From positions 536,864 through 600,863 of the forward strand of contig CAWCFX010000001.1 of NCBI GenBank assembly GCA_963795085.1: a stretch of 64,000 nucleotides of DNA. The letters run 5' to 3'. Shown here piece by piece: positions 46,768-57,281 of the stretch. The DNA comes from an uncultured Gemmatimonadales bacterium (GTDB lineage: Bacteria > Gemmatimonadota > Gemmatimonadetes > Gemmatimonadales > GWC2-71-9). Positions within the stretch are counted from its first letter, which is position 1. Every line of letters begins with the position of its first letter. The translations under genes and the position numbers were made by a program. The notes under the pieces were generated by a model. It saw nothing but the letters and a program-made list of their open reading frames with translations, was not told where the DNA came from and searched no databases.

Positions 46768-48030
46768 ATGACTCGCACCATGGACCGTGCCAGCCGCCCC
46801 GGCCTGCTGTTCGCCGCCGGCCTGGCGATCATCGTCGCGTGCGCCGGCGAGGGCGGACTGGGGCCCGCCGGCGTCAACGGGCCCAGCAAGGCGCTCGGCG
46901 TCTGGACGCCGGGTGCGGGGGACACCTGCACCCCGGCCGTGCACGACCGCTATGTCGCGGTCGGACCGGACGGCAAGCTGTACCCCACCTGGCACCCGCC
47001 GGTGGACCCGGCGTCGGGCTGTACCTTCGGACATGAACACGGGCGCGATCCCCGCGGCTCCGACCTGTACGGCCAGGTCGGACCGATGCCGTTCGGGTAT
47101 GCCAATGAAGTGCTGGACGTCTGGGACCCCGGCGGCATGCGCCACGAAGACCACGTGGGCCACAAGATCGAATGGGAGAACGACGTGGAGTTCCGGCTGG
47201 AGGACGGCCTGCCCTCACGGTTCCTGCGGATCAGCTGCGACGTCCTGACCAAGCTGCACCAGGGCACCCACTCCAGGGACGCGTTCACCAACAACCTGCA
47301 CGAGCTGGTCTTTCACATCCGGTGCAGCGACCGCACCGAGCTGCACCTGACCGTGATGACGGCCATCGGCACGCCCGGCGAGTTTGCCCTCTCCTGCGAT
47401 CATGACACCCGGGTCGCGGTAGGCCCCGCGACCCCGGCCAACTCCCCCAGCGGCGGCGGCCGGCGGATCCTGCCCGACCGGAGCTGCATTGACCAGTTCA
47501 TCCTGCGGCCTCCCGGCGTCACCTCCGATTTCAACGCGGGGGTCCGGGAAAGCTGGCAGGTATCGGCCGGGATCAAGACCGCGAGCGGCGATCATATCGC
47601 CTCCATCGGCCCCTATTACCAGGTGCTGTTCCCCAGCCGCTTCTACGATGCCTCGCTTCCCAACGGGGTGGGCCGGGTCATCGATGTCTGCTACGAGACC
47701 GAGACCAACGGCGACGTGGCCCAGGGCGGCGCCTGCGACCAGTCCACCGGCAACGGCCAGCTGCAGGGCCTGGCGTTCGACGATCCCCGGGTCGTCTTCA
47801 ACGGGGCCCGGCGGTTCGTGGACGTCAACAGCATCCGCCTGGACAACGCCAACGGCAAGGAGGAGTGGTATACGGATCCGTTCGGGCGGAACGGCCGGAC
47901 CACGGCCTTCCCGGGTTCCATCCGCCAGTTCGTGGCCGGCGTGAACAATGACCATGGGTTCGATGTGCACGGCCCCGCCATCGGCCAGGCCCGGAACTAC
48001 GGCGGCAACGGGGTGCACGCCCCCAACTGA
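46768..48030 (+). CDS. lipoprotein of unknown function with His-rich motifs
   Basis: Lipobox AIIVAC. Carries the motifs CTFGHEHGRD and HEDHVGHKIEW. I recognise no family. Confidence 0.6.
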   Translation: MTRTMDRASRPGLLFAAGLAIIVACAGEGGLGPAGVNGPSKALGVWTPGAGDTCTPAVHDRYVAVGPDGKLYPTWHPPVDPASGCTFGHEHGRDPRGSDLYGQVGPMPFGYANEVLDVWDPGGMRHEDHVGHKIEWENDVEFRLEDGLPSRFLRISCDVLTKLHQGTHSRDAFTNNLHELVFHIRCSDRTELHLTVMTAIGTPGEFALSCDHDTRVAVGPATPANSPSGGGRRILPDRSCIDQFILRPPGVTSDFNAGVRESWQVSAGIKTASGDHIASIGPYYQVLFPSRFYDASLPNGVGRVIDVCYETETNGDVAQGGACDQSTGNGQLQGLAFDDPRVVFNGARRFVDVNSIRLDNANGKEEWYTDPFGRNGRTTAFPGSIRQFVAGVNNDHGFDVHGPAIGQARNYGGNGVHAPN

Positions 48031-48145
48031 CGGCGGGGCCGCGTGGCCGGCGGCGGACCGGGGTCATGATTGAGGGATCGGGCGTCCGGGGGTAGCTTTC
48101 ACCCCGTTCGCCCGGTCCCTCTTTCCAGATGAGTTCCCAGGTTTC

Positions 48146-49888
48146 ATGCGCCCGGTGTTGCTGCTGACGTCCCTGTTCGGCTGGGCCCTGCTCTCCCCGG
48201 TTGCCGCGCAGGAGAACCCCCGACCCATCCCGCCGGAAATCCGGCGGATCACCACCGCGATGCGGGCGGGAATTTCCGGCGAGCGCGCCCTGGAGACGGT
48301 CGCCTTCGTGGAGCGGCACTGGCGGCTGCCGGGGAACACCGGGTTCAACGCCAGCATCCAGCAGGTGGCCGGGATCCTCGAGCGGGCCGGGTACGTCGCC
48401 GAGGAGCGGGCCCGCCCGGGGGAGCGGCTGGTGTACCGGGTCGAACGGCGGCCCATGGACCGGCTCACCTGGGAGCCCCAGGATGGCTCGCTCGCGATTG
48501 CCGGCCAGGCGGCGCCGCTGCTCCGGTTCGCCACGAACCGCAACATGCTGGCGATCAACTCGCATTCGACTCCCGCCGGCGGCGTGGAGGCGGAGGTCGT
48601 GAACGTCGGCACGGGGCGGCCGGAGGATTGGCAGGGGAAGGAAGTCCGCGGGAAGATCGTCTATGGCGAGACCTCGGTCGGCCGGCTCTACCGCGAGGCG
48701 GTGCTCAACCGGGGGGCCGCCGGGGTGCTGGTCTATGCCATTCCCGGCTACAACAAGCCGGAACGGAACCGGACCGCGATTCCCTTCGCCACCATTCCGC
48801 AGGATACCGCCCGGGCCGGATGGGCGGTCATGCTCTCCTTCGCCGCGCGGGAATCGCTCCGCCGGGCGCTCGCCCAGGGCCCGGTGACCGTCCGGGTGGA
48901 ATCAAAGACCCGGCTCTACCGGGCCGATGAGCTGACCCTGGTGGCCAACGTGCGGGGCAGCGCCGCGCCCAACGAACGCTTCGTCTTCAGCGCCCACCTG
49001 CAGGAGCCCGGCGCCAACGACAACGCGACCGGGGTCGCGACCCTGGCCGAAATCGCCCGGACCTACGCTGAACTGGCCCGAACCGGGGAAGTGGTGCCCC
49101 GCCGCACCATCACCTTCATCTGGGGCGACGAGATCCGGGCCACCGCGCGCTACCTGCAGGAGAACCCTGCCAGATTGGAAGGGGTTCGCTGGGGAATGTC
49201 CCTGGACATGGTGGGCGAGAACACCCAGGTTACCGGCGGCACTTTCCTGATCGAGAAGATGCCCGATCCCTCCGCCGTCTGGACCCGGGGCGAGGATCGG
49301 CACACCGAGTGGGGCGGCCAGCCGCTCAAGCCCGACCAGCTGACGCCGCACTATTTCAACGATTTCGTGCTCAACCGGGCTCTCGACCAGGCGGCCGCCA
49401 CCGGGTGGGTGGTGCGCACCAACCCGTTTGAAGGGGGCAGCGACCACACCCCCTTCCTCGACGCGAAGAAGCCCGGCCTCCTGCTCTGGCATTTTACCGA
49501 CCAGTTCTACCACACCGATGCCGACCGGCTGGATAAGGTCTCCGCCGAAACCATGGCCAATGTCGGCATCACCGCCGGGGTGGTGGCCGGCGTCCTCGCC
49601 TCGGCGGACAGCACCGTGGCGGGATTCATCCTGGGAGAGACGGAACGGGCGGCGCTGGAGCGCCTGGCTCGCGAGTTCGAGTTGAGCCGGAAGGATATTG
49701 CCGGCGGCGGTCGGCTGGACCAGGAGGTCCTCATCCTGACCACCTGGACGGAATGGTATGTCAACGCGATCCGCGCCGTCAGTGACCTGGAAGCCGGCGG
49801 TCCCTCGGCCGGGACGGTGGCGGCCATCGACGCGGCGGCCGCCGCGGTCCAGCACGCGGGCCTCAACTACGTGGCCCGCCTCCGCTGA
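48146..49888 (+). CDS. M28-like peptidase (fourth copy)
   Basis: Signal peptide. Motifs SAHLQEPGANDNATG, FIWGDE, SLDMVG and GGSDHTPF. Confidence 0.7.
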   Translation: MRPVLLLTSLFGWALLSPVAAQENPRPIPPEIRRITTAMRAGISGERALETVAFVERHWRLPGNTGFNASIQQVAGILERAGYVAEERARPGERLVYRVERRPMDRLTWEPQDGSLAIAGQAAPLLRFATNRNMLAINSHSTPAGGVEAEVVNVGTGRPEDWQGKEVRGKIVYGETSVGRLYREAVLNRGAAGVLVYAIPGYNKPERNRTAIPFATIPQDTARAGWAVMLSFAARESLRRALAQGPVTVRVESKTRLYRADELTLVANVRGSAAPNERFVFSAHLQEPGANDNATGVATLAEIARTYAELARTGEVVPRRTITFIWGDEIRATARYLQENPARLEGVRWGMSLDMVGENTQVTGGTFLIEKMPDPSAVWTRGEDRHTEWGGQPLKPDQLTPHYFNDFVLNRALDQAAATGWVVRTNPFEGGSDHTPFLDAKKPGLLLWHFTDQFYHTDADRLDKVSAETMANVGITAGVVAGVLASADSTVAGFILGETERAALERLAREFELSRKDIAGGGRLDQEVLILTTWTEWYVNAIRAVSDLEAGGPSAGTVAAIDAAAAAVQHAGLNYVARLR

Positions 49889-49972
49889 TTCACCGATTGA
49901 CACTGGGACCGGGCGGTCCTGATTTCGCTCACGCTCCCGAGCACGTCCCGACGCTAGCAAAGGAGAAGTCAT

Positions 49973-50863
49973 ATGGCCGATGTGAAAACCATCCAGGTGC
50001 CCCCGATCGAGGGGCGCGGCTATGCCCACCCCGAAGTACTGGTTTCCACCCAGTGGGTCGCCGAGCACCTCGACGATCCCACGGTGCGGATCGTCGAATC
50101 CGACGAAGACCTCCTGTTGTACGAGACCGGCCACATTCCCGGCGCTGTCAAGATCGACTGGGTCACCCAGCTCAACGACCCCATCACCCGCGACTACCTG
50201 GATCACGCCCAGCTGCAGCGGCTGCTGCGGTCGCTCGGCGTGAACCAGGACACCACCATGGTGATCTACGGCGACAAGAACAACTGGTGGGCGACCTACA
50301 CGCTGTGGGTGTTCCGGCTGTTCGGCCTGGAAAAGCTCCGGATCATGGACGGCGGCCGCGCCCTGTGGGAAAAAGAAGGCCGCCCGATGACGCGGGACGT
50401 GCCCCGGCACCCGGAGGGCAACATCACCGTCAATCCGCGGGACGATGCCCGCATCCGGGCCTTCCGCGACGACGTGCTGGCCCACGTGACGGCGAAGAAG
50501 AAGCTGGTGGATGTCCGGAGCCCGGAAGAGTTCCGGGGCGAACGGATGCACATGCCCGACTATCCCAACGAGGGGGCCCTGCGCGGCGGCCACATCCCGG
50601 GCGCCAGGAGCATTCCCTGGGGACGGGCCGTCAATCCCGACACCCACACCTTCCGCCCCGCGAGCGAGCTCAGGACCATCTACCAGGAAGAGAACGGCCT
50701 CCAGCCCGGCGACGATGTCATCGCCTACTGCCGAATCGGCGAACGGTCTTCCCACTCCTGGTTCGCACTGACCTATTTGCTGGGCTTCGAGAAGGTGCGG
50801 AACTACGATGGATCGTGGACCGAATGGGGGAACAGCGTGCGGGTGCCGATCGAGAAGCCCTGA
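49973..50863 (+). CDS. thiosulfate sulfurtransferase (tandem rhodanese)
   Basis: Two rhodanese domains with the active-site loop CRIGERSSH. An AAGGAG SD precedes the start. Confidence 0.9.
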   Translation: MADVKTIQVPPIEGRGYAHPEVLVSTQWVAEHLDDPTVRIVESDEDLLLYETGHIPGAVKIDWVTQLNDPITRDYLDHAQLQRLLRSLGVNQDTTMVIYGDKNNWWATYTLWVFRLFGLEKLRIMDGGRALWEKEGRPMTRDVPRHPEGNITVNPRDDARIRAFRDDVLAHVTAKKKLVDVRSPEEFRGERMHMPDYPNEGALRGGHIPGARSIPWGRAVNPDTHTFRPASELRTIYQEENGLQPGDDVIAYCRIGERSSHSWFALTYLLGFEKVRNYDGSWTEWGNSVRVPIEKP

Positions 50864-50884
50864 GGGTGAACTGAGTAAAGTAAG

Positions 50885-50935
50885 AGGTGGGAGGTGAGAG
50901 GGTCTCTCGCCTCTCACTTTTCACTTCCCCGTCGT
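50885..50935. repeat. GTGAGAG-type low-complexity hairpin between convergent genes
   Basis: gtgagagg (50894-50901) pairs with cctctcac (50910-50917), with an 8-nt loop. The arms extend as ggtgggaggtgag against ctcacttttcacttcccc. Confidence 0.8.
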
Positions 50936-51349
50936 CCCAATCGCCTTCGCCATCCGCTTCACCCGCTGGACCACGGCGCTCAGCCCCTGGGTCCGTGTCA
51001 TCCCCAGCGCCTCGCCCAGCCTGAGCTCGTCGAGCAGGTCGTTGGGAATCCGCTCCGCCTCCTCCGCGGTGCCTCCGTTCAGGCCCCGGGCCAGCAGCGA
51101 GACGAATCCACGCACCGTCGGCGCCTCCCGGGGTACGTCGGCGTGGAGCTGGAACTTGCCCTCCTCCACCTCGGCATAGAGAAACACCGGGGTCTGGCAC
51201 TCGGTCACCCGGTTCACCCCCTGGTCCCGGGCTTCGTGAAAGCGCTCGGGGAGGGGGGGCAGCCGTTCCGAGAGGTCGAGCAGCATCTCCAGGCGAGTCT
51301 GCTGATCGGTACCCTGGAACCGGCGAATGATGGTGTCGAGGGAAGCCAT
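50921..51349 (-). CDS. sufE: cysteine desulfuration protein SufE
   Basis: Contains VTECQTPVFL with the conserved Cys. The length and flanking blocks fit SufE. Confidence 0.85.
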   Translation of the reverse strand: MASLDTIIRRFQGTDQQTRLEMLLDLSERLPPLPERFHEARDQGVNRVTECQTPVFLYAEVEEGKFQLHADVPREAPTVRGFVSLLARGLNGGTAEEAERIPNDLLDELRLGEALGMTRTQGLSAVVQRVKRMAKAIGTTGK

Positions 51350-51358
51350 CCGTGAAAA

Positions 51359-51703
51359 CTAACCGGGAACCGTCACCGCGATCACCGGGTGCGGGGGCGG
51401 ATGCCCCTCGCGGAGGGCCTCGCCCTCCCGGAGCATGCGGGCGACATCCACGCCGCAGTGGGCGGGGGCGAAGCGGTGGAGCAGGGGCGCCGCCTTGTCC
51501 AGCTGGGCGGTGACACCGTGGCGATTGCCCCGCTGGTGGTGGACCCAGGCGCTGGCATACAGGATGAGCCCGTGATAGAACGGGCTCCGGGTCCGGCGCC
51601 ATTCGAGTTCCAGGGCCTCGTGGCTTTCCCAGAAGGCCCCGGCGTTGAAGAGTCGGGCCATCTCCAGCAGCGCGGGGGCGGGGGCGGGGGCGCCGTCCTC
51701 CAT
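51359..51703 (-). CDS. DUF309 protein
   Basis: LFNAGAFWESHEALELEWRR...YHGLILYASAWVHHQRGN matches the DUF309 pattern from memory. Confidence 0.7.
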   Translation of the reverse strand: MEDGAPAPAPALLEMARLFNAGAFWESHEALELEWRRTRSPFYHGLILYASAWVHHQRGNRHGVTAQLDKAAPLLHRFAPAHCGVDVARMLREGEALREGHPPPHPVIAVTVPG

Positions 51704-52512
51704 CAGTGAGAGCCGAGCCCGTCCGGGTCCGCATCCAGCAGCGCCGGCACCGTTTCTGCCGCGGCGCTCCGGAGCCGGATATCGGCGACCCGGTCCAGTT
51801 CGGTCTCCGCGGGATCCACCACGATGACCGCCGCGCCCCTTTCCCGGGCCTCGTACACCAGGCCCGCCGCGGGGAACACCGCTCCCCGGGTCCCGATCAC
51901 CAGGCAGACATCGGCCCGCCGGGCGGCCTCCAGCGCCAAGGCCATTTCCCGGGCCGGCAGCCGCTCACCGAACCAGACGACATCGGGCCGGAGCAGGCCG
52001 GCGCAACCATCGCACCGGGGTAATGCATCTACTGTAGAACTGTCCACTGGTTGCCGATAATCCATCGTGCCGCCGCAGCGGGTGCACCGGGCCCGGAAAA
52101 TGGACCCGTGCAGTTGCAGCGGCGGGGTAGGGGAATCCCCGGTTTTCTCCGCGATCTCCCGAGCCGCACGCTCATGCAGCCCATCCACGTTCTGGGTGAC
52201 CAGCACGGCACCCGGAGTCCGGCACATCCAGCGGGCCAGGGCCGTATGGGCCGGGTTGGGCTGGCAGGCGGCCGCGATGTCCCGCCGCCAGGCGTACCAC
52301 TCCCAGACCAATCGGGGGTCCCGGGCGAACGCCTCGGGGGTAGCCAATTCCTCGGCCCGGAATGACCGCCAGAGCCCGCTGGAGCCGCGGAAGACCGGCA
52401 TTCCCGATTCCGCGCTGACGCCGGCACCGGTCAGGACCAGGGCGTGGCGGGCGTTCCGAATGAGATTTCTTGCATCGGCCAGCCCAGGCAGGGTGGCCCC
52501 GGAGTTGCTCAT
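51703..52512 (-). CDS. cobB: NAD-dependent protein deacylase, Sir2 family
   Basis: Motifs TGAGVSAESGMPVFRG and QNVDGLHERA, a Zn ribbon CTRCG...CDGC, and GTRGAVFPAAG. Confidence 0.9.
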   Translation of the reverse strand: MSNSGATLPGLADARNLIRNARHALVLTGAGVSAESGMPVFRGSSGLWRSFRAEELATPEAFARDPRLVWEWYAWRRDIAAACQPNPAHTALARWMCRTPGAVLVTQNVDGLHERAAREIAEKTGDSPTPPLQLHGSIFRARCTRCGGTMDYRQPVDSSTVDALPRCDGCAGLLRPDVVWFGERLPAREMALALEAARRADVCLVIGTRGAVFPAAGLVYEARERGAAVIVVDPAETELDRVADIRLRSAAAETVPALLDADPDGLGSH

Positions 52513-52652
52513 TGAAGGGTATTCCCAGGTGACAATCGCTGTCAGCCAATCGGTCGGTCCTGTAAGCTAAAGCTTTGGTAGCATTGCACTAGGCGGTCAT
52601 CGGGTTATATTGCCGCCTCCTCCTGTCCGCCCAGTTTCTGGAGATCTCCATC

Positions 52653-53681
52653 GTGCGTATTGTGCGTGACTGGAAGGCCCTGGCCTTCCTTGGGTCAGCT
52701 TTTGGCCTTGGTTTGGTGCTGCTTCTTGCATTGGCCCGCCCCGCGGGCGGCCATGATCATGCCGCAGTTCCTTCGTTCATTCAGCCGGTTTCCACCGCCC
52801 CGTTGGGCGATGCGGAAACGGCTTCCTTTGCGGTCCGGGTGAAGGGTGAGACCATCCCCTACCGGGTCTTCGGCCTCTTCGTCATGCCCGGCGAGCGGGT
52901 CCTCCTGGAAATCGCCAAGGACGGCGCCGGCGCCTTCGAAGTGATTTCCGGGGAAGGGCGGATGGAATCCTCGCCGCCGGACGGCTGGCACTGGACCGCG
53001 CCGGCCACCCGCGGCCTCTATCCGATCCAGGTGATCGACCATATCAGCCGCGACACCATCACGCTCAATGCCTTCGTGCTGGTCCCCTACCAGCGGCAGG
53101 AGACCCTGGACGGCTACCGCATCGGCCGCTACCAGCAGAGCGGCCTGGCCCACACGGCGGCCTACAAGGTGCCCGACGGCTTCATCGAGGTCACCCGCGA
53201 GAACCAGTCCGTCAAGGTCGCGCCCCACTTCACCCTGTCCCAGTTCGTCGCCAAGCAGTCGAGCGGCTACCCCAAGTACCTGGTCCTGCAGGAGAAGCTG
53301 CTGCTCAAGCTGGAGTTGCTGCTCGACTCGGTGCAGGCGCGCGGCGTCCGGGCGAGCACCTTCCGGGTGATGAGCGGCTACCGCACCCCGTTCTACAACC
53401 GGTCCATCGGCAACCGCACCACCTTCAGCCGTCACCTCTATGGCGACGCCGCCGACATCTATATCGATGAAAATGGCGACGGCTCCATGGACGACCTGAA
53501 CGGCGACCGGCGCATCAACCGGGAAGACGCCCGCTACCTCGCCCGCATCGCCGGCCAGGTGGAAGAGACCTCCGCCTTCAAGCGGTTCCTGGGCGGCATC
53601 GGCCTCTACCGGAGCCGGGCCAACCACGGGCCGTTCATTCATGTGGACGCGCGGGGGACCGCCACGAGGTGGGAGCAATAG
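52653..53681 (+). CDS. membrane-anchored peptidase M15A / DUF882 (YcbK-like) protein
   Basis: N-terminal TM anchor. The C-terminus SGYRTPFYNRSIGN...SRHLYGDAADIYID matches the M15 H-x6-D pattern. Confidence 0.7.
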   Translation: MRIVRDWKALAFLGSAFGLGLVLLLALARPAGGHDHAAVPSFIQPVSTAPLGDAETASFAVRVKGETIPYRVFGLFVMPGERVLLEIAKDGAGAFEVISGEGRMESSPPDGWHWTAPATRGLYPIQVIDHISRDTITLNAFVLVPYQRQETLDGYRIGRYQQSGLAHTAAYKVPDGFIEVTRENQSVKVAPHFTLSQFVAKQSSGYPKYLVLQEKLLLKLELLLDSVQARGVRASTFRVMSGYRTPFYNRSIGNRTTFSRHLYGDAADIYIDENGDGSMDDLNGDRRINREDARYLARIAGQVEETSAFKRFLGGIGLYRSRANHGPFIHVDARGTATRWEQ

Positions 53682-53809
53682 AATTGAGGGAATGTTGGAA
53701 TTGAGGGAATGGGGGAATTGAGGGAATGTTGGAATTGAGGGAATTTTGGAATTGAAAATTCTCAATTCCCACATTCCCACATTCCCTCAATTCTATTGTT
53801 CCCTCAATT

Positions 53810-53813
<4 letters not shown>
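53681..53813. repeat. 17-bp repeat family (reverse complement of the 2523-2733 unit): 4.5 direct copies followed by inverted copies, forming a long slippery hairpin
   Basis: gaattgagggaatgNNg units start at 53681, 53698, 53715 and 53732. The centre is ggaattga/aaattc/tcaattcc, followed by cacattcccacattccctcaattc. The array spans exactly stop to stop of the convergent genes. Confidence 0.95.
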
Positions 53814-55051
<1,238 letters not shown>

Positions 55052-55136
55052 GGATCCTGGTGTCGTTTAAGTGTGGGGAGACAAAGCTAATGGAGGCGGC
55101 CGGGAAGGGCACCTGTCGCAAGACAAACACCTCGGT

Positions 55137-55467
55137 CCTCCGGATTATTCTGCGGGCCATCCCTGCCCGAACACGAAAGCACGAAAAACCAAAACACCAC
55201 GGGAAAGACAAGCAACCGCTACAGCGGTATTCTGTTCTTTCTTTTCTTTCCACTTTTGTCGTCCGTGGTTCGTGCTTTCGTGATCCGCAGGGCCAGCTTC
55301 AGGGGGATCCTCCGGGATTATTCTGCGGGCCATCCCTGCCCGAACACGAAAGCACGAAAAACCAAAACACCACGGGAAAGACAAGCAGCCGCTACAGCGG
55401 TATTCTGTTCTTTCTTTTCTTTCGACTTTTGTCGTCCGTGGTTCGTGCTTTCGTGATCCGCAGGGCC
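55137..55467. repeat. two near-identical ~158-bp tandem copies, each a long imperfect hairpin (core CACGAAAGCACGAA / TTCGTGCTTTCGTG)
   Basis: Copy 1 is 55137-55294 and copy 2 is 55309-55467, with three visible differences. The 14-bp perfect stem joins 55172-55185 to 55269-55282. The outer stem is ctgcgg/ccgcag. Confidence 0.95.
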
Positions 55468-55547
55468 GGCCTGTCACGCGAGTCGTTGTGTGGAATTCGT
55501 AATTTATCCCTGCGCCGACCGCTTCCCCCCGTTAACTTTCCCCCTCC

Positions 55548-57281
55548 ATGCCGACCTCCACGCTCGCCGCCGGGGCCGCCCGCGCCATTCAGTCGGCCTT
55601 CCTGGCCTACCATGCGCGCTTCATCGCCATCACCCGCCGGGCCAAAACCCGGTTCGAGGCGCGGGAGTGGCGGGAGGGCCAGGCCGATGCGCTGGAACGC
55701 CTCACCCTCTACCGCACCTGCGTGCAGGAGACGGTGACGGCGATCGGGGAGATGGTCGGCGGCAACGTGCGGAACGCCTTCTTCTGGCACGAGACCAAGT
55801 CCGTCCACGCCCGGCTCAGCGAGCGCCGGCTCGACACCGGGCTGGCGCGTACCTTCTTCAACTCCGTCACCCGCCGGATCTTCACCACCGTGGGCGTGGA
55901 TGCCTCCATCGAGTACCTGGACCAGCTGGCGGAGCCCGATGTCCGGCGCGACCCGGTCGAGCCGCCCTTCTGGACCTACCGGGGCGGCCGCGGCACCGCC
56001 GACCTGCTCACCGACATTTTCTCCGGGCTGCCCTTCCGCCCCGAGTTCGACGACCAGGTGCGGGATGCCGCGCGGGCCGCGGCGATCATCGACCAGCGGC
56101 TCGCCGGCCGCCCCCTGGAAGCCATCGAGGTGCTGCCGCCCATTTTCTACCGGGGCCGGGTGGCCTACATGGTGGGCCGGGTCCAGGCCGGCGGCGACCC
56201 GGTGCCGCTGCTCGTCTCGTTTCTGCATGAGCCGGAAGGCATCGTCGCCGACGCGGTCCTGATGGACGAGCGGGAAGTCAGCATCGTCTTCAGCTTCACC
56301 CGCTCCTACTTTCACGTCGAGGTGGACCGGCCCCAGCTGACCATCGCCTTCCTCCAGTCCATCATGCCCCGGAAGCCCAGCGATGAACTGTACACCGCGA
56401 TCGGCTACAACAAGCACGGCAAGACGATGTTCTACCGCAACCTGGTACGCCACCTCGACGATACCGACGACCAGTTCGAAATCGCCGAAGGAGAACCGGG
56501 CCTGGTGATGACCGTGTTCGCGCTGCCCTCGTTCAACACCGTCTTCAAGGTGATCCGCGACCGGTTCGGCCAGCCCAAGAGCACCACCCGGGAGGCGGTC
56601 CGCAACCGCTACGAGCTGGTCTTCGTGCACGACCGGGTAGGCCGGCTGGCCGATGCCCAGGAGTTCGAGTACCTCGAGTTCGCCCGGTCCCGGTTCACGC
56701 CGGAGCTGCTGCGGGAACTGGAGACCGAAGCCGCGTCCAGCCTCCGCATCGAGGGCGACCGGGTCATCATCCGCCATCTCTACACCGAACGCCGGGTTAC
56801 CCCGCTCAATCTCTATCTCAAGGGCGCCAGTCCCGGCGCGGCGGTCGAGGCCATCGTGGACTACGGCGCCGCCATCCGGGAGCTGGCGGCCGCCAATATT
56901 TTCACCGGCGACATGCTGCTCAAGAATTTCGGCGTCACCCGCCAGGGCCGGGTGATCTTCTACGACTACGATGAGCTCTGCCTGCTCACCGAATGCAACT
57001 TCCGCGCGATCCCCGAGACCGACGACCCCCTGCTCGAGATGGCGGCCGACCCCTGGTTCTCGGTCGGCGAGCACGATGTCTTCCCCGAGGAGTTCCGCGC
57101 CTTCTTCATCCTCCCCGGCCCGCTGGGCGAGGCGTTCATGCACCACCACGCCGACCTGCTGACCCTCGAGTTCTGGCGCGACATGCAGGCCCGCCAGGCC
57201 GGCGGCGAACTGCCCGAGGTGCTGCCGTACCGCGAGGAACGGCGGCTTTCCCACGCCGCGCCCGATGCCGTTTCCCACTGA
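55548..57281 (+). CDS. aceK: isocitrate dehydrogenase kinase/phosphatase AceK
   Basis: 577 aa. The N-terminus AIQSAFLAYHARFIAITRRAKTRFE and the kinase region (FTGDMLLKNFGVTRQGRVIFYDYDE) match AceK from memory. Confidence 0.9.
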   Translation: MPTSTLAAGAARAIQSAFLAYHARFIAITRRAKTRFEAREWREGQADALERLTLYRTCVQETVTAIGEMVGGNVRNAFFWHETKSVHARLSERRLDTGLARTFFNSVTRRIFTTVGVDASIEYLDQLAEPDVRRDPVEPPFWTYRGGRGTADLLTDIFSGLPFRPEFDDQVRDAARAAAIIDQRLAGRPLEAIEVLPPIFYRGRVAYMVGRVQAGGDPVPLLVSFLHEPEGIVADAVLMDEREVSIVFSFTRSYFHVEVDRPQLTIAFLQSIMPRKPSDELYTAIGYNKHGKTMFYRNLVRHLDDTDDQFEIAEGEPGLVMTVFALPSFNTVFKVIRDRFGQPKSTTREAVRNRYELVFVHDRVGRLADAQEFEYLEFARSRFTPELLRELETEAASSLRIEGDRVIIRHLYTERRVTPLNLYLKGASPGAAVEAIVDYGAAIRELAAANIFTGDMLLKNFGVTRQGRVIFYDYDELCLLTECNFRAIPETDDPLLEMAADPWFSVGEHDVFPEEFRAFFILPGPLGEAFMHHHADLLTLEFWRDMQARQAGGELPEVLPYREERRLSHAAPDAVSH

